From NCBI GenBank assembly GCA_030141605.1, contig JAQGDQ010000126.1:1-64000 (forward strand): a stretch of DNA of 64,000 bases. The letters run 5' to 3'. The stretch is from Tubiluchus corallicola. Taxonomy: Eukaryota; Animalia; Priapulida. Position 1 is the stretch's first letter; each line of letters begins with the position of its first letter. This document shows, in pieces, positions 13,991 to 24,699 of the stretch. Position numbers and translations under genes: made by a program. Under the pieces are notes generated by a model. That model was not told the origin of the DNA. It searched no databases and worked only from the letters and a program-made list of their open reading frames with translations.

Positions 13991-14650
13991 AGCTGCCAAA
14001 TGTTGCAACTTCTTGCTATCTCGAGGATCGATGAATGGTCCTTGAATAAGCCTGTCTATCCAAGCTTGGGATTTCTTGTGAGTGTTGCCAAAATGCTCCC
14101 GCTGAAGTTTTCTCGCGCAGCGGTTGCCTTCACTAGGGTCCATAACAGCACAGCATCTGATCACTTCTAAGGTTTCTTATTCACAATAAGGAAACAACCG
14201 GTTTAATTTAGCGCAGTCACTTGCTGTTGTGTGATCATTGAAATGGTCAAACGTTCTCCAAAATTCCCAGTACTCAAGTGGATTTCCTTTAAATTTATTG
14301 AGCTCAGCGTTCGGAAGTTATAACAGATCAATTATCTCTTTCATTTGAGATGTTTGTCCAAACTGTTCAGTCCATTGCAGGTCATATGCTGGAAGATTGT
14401 CAACAATATTGCTGACATTGCTGCTCATTGACCCAATCTCTAGTATGATTTCTTTGTGCAACAGGGAACTCATCATCAAGCTCTTGATCACTTCCTTTAA
14501 CTTCAGCTATAGCCTTCTGCTCAACTTCCACTTTATCCATCCGTCCTTTTAATTCCAATTGTTTCCGTCGTTGCTTCAGTTCCAATTCTGCCAATTACTT
14601 TGTTCCTCTAATATGCTGGCTTCGGCTTTCTCTTCATAGAGAAGGCCAAC
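13990..14650 (-). mobile_element. BEL/Pao gag fragment (coiled coil plus DUF1759-like region), disrupted
   Basis: The minus strand reads AELELKQRRKQLELK (coiled coil), LPNAELNKFKGNPLEYWEFWRTFD and CCAVMDPSEG..CARKL..EHFGN....SQAWIDRLIQGPFIDPRDSKKLQHLA, all typical of BEL/Pao gag. Stops and frameshifts are present. Confidence 0.82.
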
Positions 14651-14664
14651 GTTAGAAGGTTAGA

Positions 14665-15810
14665 AAACATTTATAACATCCACAAGCATCTGTTCTGAAT
14701 ACATCTACAGGCACTCACAAGCTTCTGGACAGAATACATGTACGGTTAACCTAAAGCAGCTGGCCACAAGAGATCTAGAGCAATCTCAAACCTCTGAACA
14801 AGAACATCTATTGCCAATATCAAGTATCAGACCAGAAGACTTTCATTAGGCAGTGTAGAGCATATTGTCAGAAGACATGCAAACATTCAGTATCTGGACA
14901 GAAAACTTCTACAGGCTACCAACAGCAACTGGTTGGGAGACATCTAGAGCAATCTCGGATATTTCAACAAAATGTTTACTTCCAATATCAAGTATCAGAC
15001 CAGAAGACTCTTGTAGGCAATGTTAAGCATATTGTCAGAAGACATAAACCGTCACAAGCATCTGGCCAGAAGACGTTAACAGGCAATATTAAGCACCTAG
15101 TCAGAAAACATCTGCAGGCACTATTAATCAGGTCAGGAGGCAATTACTGGCAGCCTCAATCAACTGTTAGTAAAGCATCCGTATATATAACTATATCACT
15201 ATATAAGTATCTCACCAGAATACAGGTAATAATATTAAGCACTGGGTCAGAGGACATCTACAGGCACCATTAAACTGGTCAGGAGACAATTGCAATTAGC
15301 CTCAATCGTCTGCTAGGAAAGCATCTATAGCTAATCGAAAGCATCCTTCCAGAAAATGTCTGGAGACAGTACATTTACAGACAACCTGAAGCACCTATTT
15401 AGAATTTACCTATATTTAATCTAAAACATCTGAACAGAAGAAATCTACTGCCAGTCTCAAGCATTTGACTTAAGACAGAAGTCACCTACAAACGTCTATT
15501 CTACAGATGTGAACAGGCATCACCTATTGCCAATCTGTAAATTCAGGTCAATCTGCCAACACTACATCTGGTCAGGTGATAGCTATACCCAATCTTAAGC
15601 TTAAGCAGTTAACACCTCAATCACCTGGTCAGAAGACAATTATGAAATCTGAAACATCTGGTCAAAAAGCAATCTCAAAAACATGTTTACATATCAAGCA
15701 TCCTTTGATAAGAAGTAATCTACAGGCAATCTCAAGCATCTAGTCAAAATGCATCTACATCCAATCTCAAACATTTCGACAAAGGTAATTATAGTAAAAT
15801 CATCCTGTAG
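14665..15810 (+). repeat. Old divergent layer of the 35-bp satellite, + orientation
   Basis: Degenerate monomers such as ACATCTACAGGCACTCACAAGCTTCTGGACAGAAT (14701) and TCTACAGGCAATCTCAAGCATCTAGTCAAAA (~15719). Confidence 0.9.
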
Positions 15811-15975
15811 ATGGAGACACGACACAATTATTTTTACATAGGTAAGTATGATAAACAAGTAAATACCTTAAATTTAGCATGTTAGTACTCTTATTGACCA
15901 ATTTGTATCTACTGTCAAAATAAAGAAATAAAATTAATTTAAAGCCAAAGTTAATCAAAATACTGAACAGAGACC

Positions 15976-18452
15976 GTTGTAGATGTCTTCTGTCTACATG
16001 CTTCAGGTAGCCCTTAAATAGAGTTTTAACAGATATTTAACATTGGCAATAGGTGATGCCTGTAGAAATTTGTTGGTGACCAAATGCTTCAGATTGCCTG
16101 CAAATGTATTCTTTGCACATGGTTTAAATCGCATAATAGCTGTCATCTTACCAGTTGTTGAAACTGCTTGTAGATGCTTTTTGATCAGATGCTCAGTTGT
16201 TTCAGAATGCTGCGGACGTCTTTTGACCAGATGTTTCAAATTGGCAATTGGTGTCTTCTGAGCAGGCACTTCAGGCTGTCATTATGGGTGATGCCCGTAG
16301 AAATCTGTAGGTGACTTCTGACCAGATGCTTCAGATTGCCTGCAAATGTATTCTTAGCAGATGCTTGAAACTTCTGACCAGATGGCTGAGACTGCTGCGG
16401 ATGTCTTCTATTAGGTGATGATGCTTCAGGTTGCCTGTAAACAGGTTCTTAAGAGATGATTAATATTGCTTGTAAAAGTTTCTGATCAGATGATTGAGAC
16501 TGGTAATAGATATCTTCTTTCCATGTGGCTAACCCTGTCAGTAGACGTATTCTGATCAGTTACCTGATGTGCAAGTAGATGCTTAACATTGCCTGTGAAA
16601 GTCTTCCATGCAAGATACTGGAGACTGGCAGTAGATTTCTTCTGTTTAGATGTTTTATATTAAATGTGCATGAGTTCAGACTAAGTGGTTCAGGGTTGTC
16701 TGCAGACTGTATCTTAACTGGTGCTTGAGATTGCAGGAAGTTGTTGTCAGATGTTTTAAGATTGGATGTAGATGCCTTTTGACTGGATGCTTGAGATTTT
16801 CTATAGATAGCTTCTGACCTGTTGATGCTTGATATGTAAACATGTTTTTGAGATTGCTTGTAGGAGTTTTTTGACCAGATGCTTCAGATGCTTTAGATTC
16901 TACATAATTATTTTCTGACCAGGTGTTAAGGCATCAACTGCATAAGCTTGAGAATGTCTCCTGTCAGATGTGGTGTTGGCAGCTTGACCAGAACTTAGAG
17001 ATTGGCAATATGTGGCGCCCGTAGAAGTCTGTAGAATAGAAGTTTGTAGGTGACTTTTGGCGAGATGCTTAAGTTCTTAGCAGATGCTTGATAACTGCGT
17101 GTAGCTATCTATTCTATTCTATCTATTGTTGTAGATGTCGTCTGTCTAGATGCTTCATTTTGCCTTTAAAAGGATTCCTAACAGACGCCTAAGATTTTTT
17201 CCGGCAAAATACTGGAGATTAGCAGTTGACGTCTTCTGACCATTAACAACAAATGACTTCTGAACAGGTGCTTTAGATTGGCAATATCTTCTGACTAGCT
17301 ACTTGATGCCGTTATTATATACCTGCTGTTCGGATGCTTAATATAGCTTGTAGAACTTTTTTGACCACATACTTGAGATAGGCAGTTGATGTCTTCTGAC
17401 CTGGTCTTTAGCATTGCCTGTAGAAGTCTTTGCTCAAATATTTGAGATTGCTAGTAATTGTCTTCTGATAAGATCTTTAACTCTCCTTTAGGAGTCTTCT
17501 GCCGAGATACATGAGATTGCTTGTAGATTGCATGTTCTGACTAGATACTTGAGGCTATCTATAGATAACTTCTGACTAGATGATGCTTGATATGTAAAGA
17601 GGTATTTGACATTGCCTGACATGATTTTTTACCAGATGCTTCAGACGTTTCAGATCGCATGCAGTAGCGTTCTGATCAGATGATACTTGAGATTCGCAAT
17701 AGATAACTTATAACCAGGCACATCAGGCTGCCATTATATCTGCAGTCTGGGTGTTTAATATAGCAGAAGTCTTTAGGTTGGATGCTTTTTGTTGACAGTA
17801 GATTTTTTCTGTTCAGATGTTTTAGATTAAATGTAGACGAGTTCTTGCAAGGTACTTCAGATAAGCAGTTGATGTTTTCTGATCAGATGTTTCAGATTAC
17901 TACAGACGTTTCTGACCAGATGCTTGAGATTAGATAAGATGCCTTCTGAGCAGATGCCTGGTAATAGATATCTTCTTTCCATGTTGCTGACATTGTCAGC
18001 AGATGTATTCTTATCAGATACTTGACGCGCAAGCAGATGCTTAACATTGCCTCTAAAAGTTTTCCATGCAAGATACTAGAGATTGGCAGTAGATTTCTTC
18101 TATTCAGATGTTTTAGATTAAATGTAGGTGAGTTCTGACTAGGTGCTTTAGGTTGTCTGTAGATGTATTCTTAACATGTGCCTGAAATTGCATGCAGTTG
18201 TTACCAGATGTTTAAGATGTTTTTGATTGCATATAATTGTCTTCTGACCAGGTTATTGAGGTTTTAACTGCTTAAGCTTGAGATTGCGTGTAGATGTCTA
18301 ATGACCAAAGTGGTGTTGGCAGATTGACCAAAATTTCGAGATTGGCAATAGGTGACGCCTGTAAAAGTCCGTAGGTGACTTCTGGCCAGATGTTTAAGTT
18401 CTTAGCAGATGCTTCATGTTGCCTGCAGATGTATTCTTAGCAGATGCTTGAA
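15976..18452 (-). repeat. Old divergent layer of the 35-bp satellite, inverted orientation, with a ~1.46-kb internal duplication
   Basis: Recurrent TTCTGACCAGATGCTTGAGATTGCCTGTAGA-like units. The block TGGTAATAGATATCTTCTTTCCATGT occurs at 16501 and ~17959. Confidence 0.9.
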
Positions 18453-18454
18453 CA

Positions 18455-18840
18455 CTGAAAAATTTTGTAAATTTAAGAATAATTACTTTACGGAAAATTA
18501 TTTATTATGTAATTCTGTGTCTAGAGAAGTAAAAGTTGCATTTAGTAAATTGCGCATAAGCGCACATTCTCTTGCCATGGAAACTGGACAACATTCATAT
18601 GTCCATTAAAATGGCTGTTCATCAGAGCATGTACATACTGTAATAATTTAGATATTGAAAATGAGGAACATTTGGTATTTTTTGTAAAAAGTATTAAGAT
18701 ATTAAGATGTTGTAATTAATTAACATATCTTATTTTAATAAGATATTATTAAAATAATTTGTGAATATGTATTGTATAATAATTGTTATGTATTTTGGAA
18801 TGTTAATTGTTAACCCAATAAATTAAATTAAATGAAATGA
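18455..18840 (+). mobile_element. 3' end fragment of a non-LTR retrotransposon (C-terminal Cys/His region, RTE-X-like)
   Basis: AFSKLRISAHSLAMETGQH, followed by C..C and IENEEHLVF remnants, then an AT-rich UTR and an AATAAATTAAATTAAATGAAATGA tail. Confidence 0.7.
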
Positions 18841-18881
18841 TAGTAGGTTAACCTGCATGTAAAAATTACAGACTGAGCACC

Positions 18882-19032
18882 TCTATATATCTATATCTGT
18901 ATCTGTATCTGTATCTGTATCTGTATCTGTATCTGTATCTGTATCTGTATCTGTATCTGTATCTGTATCTGTATCTGTATCTGTATCTGTATCTGTATCT
19001 GTATCTGTATCTGTATCTATGTATCTACATCT
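18882..19032. repeat. (ATCTGT)n hexanucleotide microsatellite
   Basis: About 20 perfect ATCTGT units seen directly. Confidence 0.98.
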
Positions 19033-19191
19033 GTAAAGTTGAGCTGATGGTGCTGATTCGCTATTTCATTTCATGTTATAAAACAATGTTAGAGAACGAA
19101 AGAAACAGCTTATTTTTACAGAATAAACTTGCCAGAGTCCTCTGTGTTCCATGCAAATTCTATGGAACAGGTGCTGCGATGCTAAACAAAC

Positions 19192-19332
19192 CGGTCTGCC
19201 AGCCCGTTGAACCGACGAGGCCATTCCATACTAGCTACTTATAGCTGCTATGCAACAGTGATGTGCAATGGCTTCGTAGTGGATCGCACCATCACAATGC
19301 GGGGAGAGGGGTGAAAATAAATAGCACATCGC
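19192..19332. repeat. Dispersed ~140-bp repeat, copy 1 (second copy at 57474-57604)
   Basis: Shares CAGCCC..TGAACCGACGAGGCCA.TCCATAC.AGCTACTTATAGCTGCTATGCAA...TGGCTTCGTA.TGGATCG.ACCA.CACAA with copy 2. Confidence 0.85.
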
Positions 19333-19419
19333 CATCGTAACTCTTTCTCTCTCTCTCTCTCTCTCTGTCTATATATATATATAAAAGTTTAATCTGAGAT
19401 TACCATTAAACTTTTTGGA

Positions 19420-21530
19420 AGCTGGTATGGGGAACTCAGGAGAAATCCTACAAGGAATCAAATAGATTTTGTTATGGTAAGGAAAGTGCACTAATAAATG
19501 CACTTATATCACTAATAAGAAATTCCAGGTCGTATGCTGGTTTAAACATAGACACCGACCACTCTTTGGTTCTGACTAAGATTTCAGTCAAATGGTTAAG
19601 GATGCTACAGAAAAAGCAAAGAACAAAATACTTAGATTTTGCTAAGCTAAAGGATAAAGATTATACAGATAAATACAATTTAATGTTAGAGCAGAACATT
19701 ACTAAATATCCATCTGGTGAGACATTTGAAAATTTGCAATGGGAAAAAGTTCACATAAAAAATTCGGCAGCAAAAATAATTGGACATGTGAGATTTAATA
19801 ATAAAAAGGTTAAAGATGGTTAAAGGTTAAAAATACTTGGACATGTGAGATTTAATAATAAAAAGGTTAAAAATGATGAGATAGAAGTTTTGTCGGCGAA
19901 TCAGAAAGTTTTGAAAGACAAAATTCACCGATTTAAAAATTTAGCAGAAATTGGTGATCTTAAGAAGAAACGCAAGGAAATTCTAAAGCAAATTCATGAA
20001 AAGCTAAAACAACTAGAAGAAAAAAAGCTGACTGGAATCGCAGAAGAAATTGAGCAAACAAAGAATGATTCTTCTAGGCATTTTAAAGTAATACGGACTT
20101 TGCAGACCTTTCAACCAAAGAAAAAATTGATTGTAGAAGGAAATGATGGTCTAATTACTGATGCTGAACAGCAAACTGAAGCCATAGCAGAATTTTTAAT
20201 GGTGAAAATGCAGTTGGCGTTAAAAGGACTCACTATCCAATGAAAGTTCCATTTACTAAAGAAGAAGTAAAGCATGCAGCAAAATCACTGAAAAACAACA
20301 AAAGCCTGGACGCTGATGAATTAAATGCTGAGTTAGTCGAATATGGATCAGATAATTAATATGCAGAAATTGCTGAAATACTAAACAATATTTCAAAAAC
20401 AGGCACATTTCCGCAGGATATTCAAAAAGGAATACTTATCCCTTTACCCAAGCCAGGTAAGAAACTGGTCCCATAGAAAATCTTAGACCATTGATGTTGC
20501 TTACACTAATAAGGAAAATTTTGGAAAATCTAATCTGTATGTTGACTAGGATCTATGGCAAATTACACACTTACATTGCAACAAGCCAAGCAGCATATCA
20601 ACCAGGACGGAACTGAATTAGTACAAAGCTTGTAAATTACTAGCCGAAAAAGCCATCTCTTCTGGTGATTACTCAATATATATTCTCATGATCGATATGT
20701 CAAAGGCCTTTGATTGTGTTTGAAGAAAAACTCTGCTTTGCTGTCTGGAAGAAATCCTTGAACCTCATGAAATATACATCATAAGTATTATGTTAGAAAA
20801 TTTATTAATTCAAGTCAGGTGTGAAGGCATGTTGAGTCATTTTCTACAAACAAAGGAGTACCTCAGGGTGACTGCCTATGCTCTGTACTTTTTACTTTAT
20901 ATCGTTCCATAGCTCTCACTGAGGACAAAGTCATACCATTGAAAGACCTAGACGATCACAACTACACAATTCTGGATCCTGAATTAATACCGAATAAAGT
21001 AAGACAAGAACACAGTTACAGCTCTCTACAAAGTAAGTCAACTGCTATATCTATGCAGTATGCTGATGATGTGGCATGGATTACAAGAAACAAAGAAGAA
21101 ATAGATGAAATAAAAAACTCGATAGAGGAGAAATTGGAGAAATTGTTTCAAAGGCGAAATTACAAAAACATTTTGGGTATTAGATGGCCAAAGAAAATTT
21201 TAAACACAGATCTATATGAAAAAAAGAAGAACCTTGGACAATAAAAATAAAAGGACGCCGTTTAAGATGGATTGGGCATGTGCTTAGACTACCTGCTGAT
21301 AATCCAGTGAAGATAGATCTTCAACAAGCCATAGAACCAACTAAAAAACCTGCAGGAGGACAAATGTTAACATATTTAGATTTTGCACGGGAAGATTTAA
21401 ACACTTCAGCATTGATCCTTGGAAATAAATGCACTTGGGGCATTGCGGCAAGCAGGGAGTCCTGGCATAAAGAGGTGAACAGAATCATATCCCTGAACGT
21501 ATGATTCATTGGATGATGATGATGATGATG
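19420..21530 (+). mobile_element. RTE-clade LINE, 5'-truncated and decayed (end of APE endonuclease, RT, C-terminus, (GAT)n tail)
   Basis: RNQIDFV, IDTDHSLV, IDMSKAFD, GVPQGDCL, QYADDV, ILGIRWP and RRLRWIGHVLRLP motifs across broken frames; (GAT)n at ~21512-21530. Confidence 0.9.
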
Positions 21531-21546
21531 AAGCTAGTATATTGTG

Positions 21547-22594
21547 CAGTTGTTTTTCAGTTATTGTATAGACTCATTAACAGCCTTTGTCATTATTCCT
21601 TATGAATGGAAATAAAATTGTTTTTCACATCTTTTCACCTGGTACAACCAAAAGATGATTTACTGTTTGTTTGGAGCTTTTGAACCCTATACCTCTCAAT
21701 GCCGCACTAAAATTCCTGGTAATCAAAGACTATTTTCGCAGCCTATGATGACATTACAAAACCATGAAATGGTTAAACCTTTTTTATTATGAGTTAAATG
21801 CGCCGACGGGTTCTTGCATTTTAGATTGTTTACAGTGTTGATAAGGTGCGCAGCAGTTTCCTTGTTCAACTAGAGAGCATATTGGCTATATATTGAGTGG
21901 TTTCTCTTTGAAGAAAGTAAACGCAAGCAGCGCTGGCAGTAGTTCTTAAACAGATAAACAGCTACAACATCTAGGGTAAATATCAGTATGACGTATGGCA
22001 CGGGTATTACATGTACAAATAAGCAGTAATTTTGTTTGTGGTATTCAATTGGTGCTCTTGAGTTATGCGCATTAATGATATCTGATACAGCAATGCACTT
22101 CAAGGTTAGCATTCAAAAATTCACTACAATGAAGTAAGTTGATGATTATATGGATCAGGATATTTAACGAAAACTTGCTGATTATAAACACTTGTTGTTT
22201 GAAAGGTAAGGTCGTTTTTTAGTGATAGAATAACGCGAAATCATAGTTCTTGAACTCAGGGGTTTCACGTGTGTAAGGCTATTAACAAACGAAGGCCTAA
22301 ATGTATAAGCTATGCAAAGCTATACATCCAATTGTGCTATCCTGCTGATTCTGAAATTTATTCACAAAGAATATTTCAGCACGAAATTGTATTTATTTGG
22401 TTAAATATTACCTTGAAATTTCAGACTCAGATCAGATTATCATTAAATTTTTTGGAAAATGTTATTTTGTGGAGTTGTTCTTCAGTTATTGTACAGACTC
22501 ATTAACAGCCTTTGTCATTATTCTTGATGGATGGAAATAAAATTGTTCGTCTGACCCTTTCGCCTGGGGGCCAAAAGGCGATTTACTGCTCGTT
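21547..22594 (+). repeat. Pair of ~125-bp direct repeats (21547-21672 and 22472-22594)
   Basis: Both contain CAGTTATTGTAYAGACTCATTAACAGCCTTTGTCATTATTC...ATGGAAATAAAATTGTT. Confidence 0.85.
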
Positions 22595-22959
22595 ATGCTT
22601 AAGGCTATAGCCTTTTTAGCCTAACGGGTAATCCGAATTTGATTGGGGCATCGGGTTAATTGATATATTCCATAGTTACCTATTAATAATGGAGCAAAAA
22701 GTATGTACGTAGAGCTAGATCTCAATCCACAGGAAGCACAGCCCAGCGTGTTTATATTCAGATCGAGTCTTGATCCTGATACTTTGGAGAATGTCTACTA
22801 GGTGTTCGTTTTTCGCGCATTTTCATCCGAGATATTTCGATTATTAAGGCCGATCAATTTGTCTAAAGTTAAGTATTGTTGCAATAATATAATGTATAAC
22901 TGATACAAATTTAATATTAAGTTTTCAAAAAGCAGCAATTATTAAACGAGGAAGGGAAT

Positions 22960-24310
22960 AAGAGGCCAAATTACAGATCATTACAGCCAACAACCATTAT
23001 CATTGGATGACATTAATAAATTAAATAAGCTAGAAAACAAATAAAAGTTACTGCGTGGGATGAAAAGTAAGAGGCGTTATGATAAGGTTCAGAGCAAGAT
23101 GGGTTGAACACGGTGAAAAGCCTTCCAAGTTTTTTTAGGTTTAGAAAAAAATACGTAAATAAATGTATTTCAAAGTTAATAACAGCCGATAACGTAGAAC
23201 TAACAAAAAGCAGTGAAATCTTAAAAGAGCAAAAATCCTTTTTATGTTACTTTATACGAGCTAGTTAAAAGACGATCAGTTCAAAAATAAGAAAAATGAT
23301 TTCTTCAGAAAAAATGGTGAGATTAACTAGTGAATAAGCTTGTTCATGTGAGAGGCCTTTAACCCTTTCAGTCCCAAATTATTTTTTTAATAAGAAATTT
23401 TTTTTTGATTTGGTACTTTTGTTCAGTATGTCCATCTTGTTTACACATAATAATTATTTTTTCTACCTGTGCCCGCGTGCTAAATATAGCCTGTATCCCA
23501 CGGGATACATTGCGATTCAATGGAAGCATAAAATGTGCTTCATTTTGCAACTGCTGATAATTTTTAAAGTATTTAAGACATTTAGTATGCATACTATGCT
23601 GATCTGTACAAAGTCATCTCTAAAGTACTGTACCTTGCGCAGTTTTTTATGCTATGTGGATTTTCTAGTTTGCCATTTTATCACCATTTTTAGTCTATTG
23701 TTATTGGCTTAAATCAAAATAACTATTAACAGATCAAATAACTGTCAGTTTTAAAATTTTATTATTTTTAAAGGCAGAAAATATTCTTGTATCCCACGGG
23801 ATACAACGGGTATGAAAGGGTTAACTATTGATGAATTGTGGAATGCTTTATAAATCAATAAAAACCAACAAATCGCTGGTACTGATGGATTTACCCATGA
23901 ATTTTATAGTTTGTTTTGGGAAGATATATCAATTTTTCTTTTAAGATCTCTTAATGAAACATTTACTTTAGGAGAACTATCTTTGGCACAACGTCTAGGA
24001 CTGATAGCTTATATACGAAATAATTATAAGGACTGTGTGTTCCTAAAAATAAGAGACCCATTTCTTTGTTAAATACAGACTACAAAATTCTCACTAGTTG
24101 TTTAGCCCAACGTTTAAAAAACGTTATTGACATGTTAATTAGTGACACTCAAAAAGGTTTTCTAAAAGGTCGATCTATAGCTGAAAACACTAAACTATTG
24201 TAGAACTTATTGCTTTATGCAGAAAAAAAGACATTCCCGGAATTTTGTTATTATTTGATTTTGAAAAGCCATTTGAGACGCTAGAGTGGAAACTTATACT
24301 CGAAGTATGG
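22960..24310 (+). mobile_element. L1/Tx1-clade LINE ORF2 fragment, interrupted by a MITE
   Basis: RARWVEHGEKPSKFF, GTDGFTHEFY, RPISLLNTDYKIL, QKGFLKGRSIAEN and DFEKPFE motifs. Confidence 0.9.
23363..23820. mobile_element. piggyBac-type non-autonomous element (MITE), 458 bp, TTAA target-site duplication
   Basis: TTAA at 23359-23362 and 23821-23824. TIRs CCCTTTCAGTCCC / GGGTATGAAAGGG match at 11 of 13 positions. Excising it restores the L1 frame CERPLTIDELWNAL. Confidence 0.93.
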
Positions 24311-24699
24311 CGATAATTCTCAAAAATAGACTTGTTGACAATGTTTCTGACGTCGTTGCAAACAATAGTTATAAAATTTAGCTTAAAAATGAAGAGATGA
24401 CAGCCTTTGTTTGAAACTCATTATTTTCACCTTGCTTGAATACATAATGTAACTTTTCTCAATGAAACCTCAGCATTAACTGATTTAACTGCCTGTTCAG
24501 CCTGTCACCCATAGGCCAAAGGTCAATGCCAATCTCGGCATGAACTTATATCATTTAGTTTGTATCATTGAAACCTTTCGTTTGATATACTGCAAGCTAG
24601 TTTCGGTTAACACCTAAAGACATTTGTGTTCTCAGCCCTTATTTTGCCCCTCCTGGGGTCAGAGGTCTATAAAAAATTGACTCGTATCATGGGCAAATT

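Noticed and set aside
13718-14170. 150-aa ORF as a novel gene
   Set aside because: It is a chimera of satellite, BEL pol and antisense BEL gag sequence.
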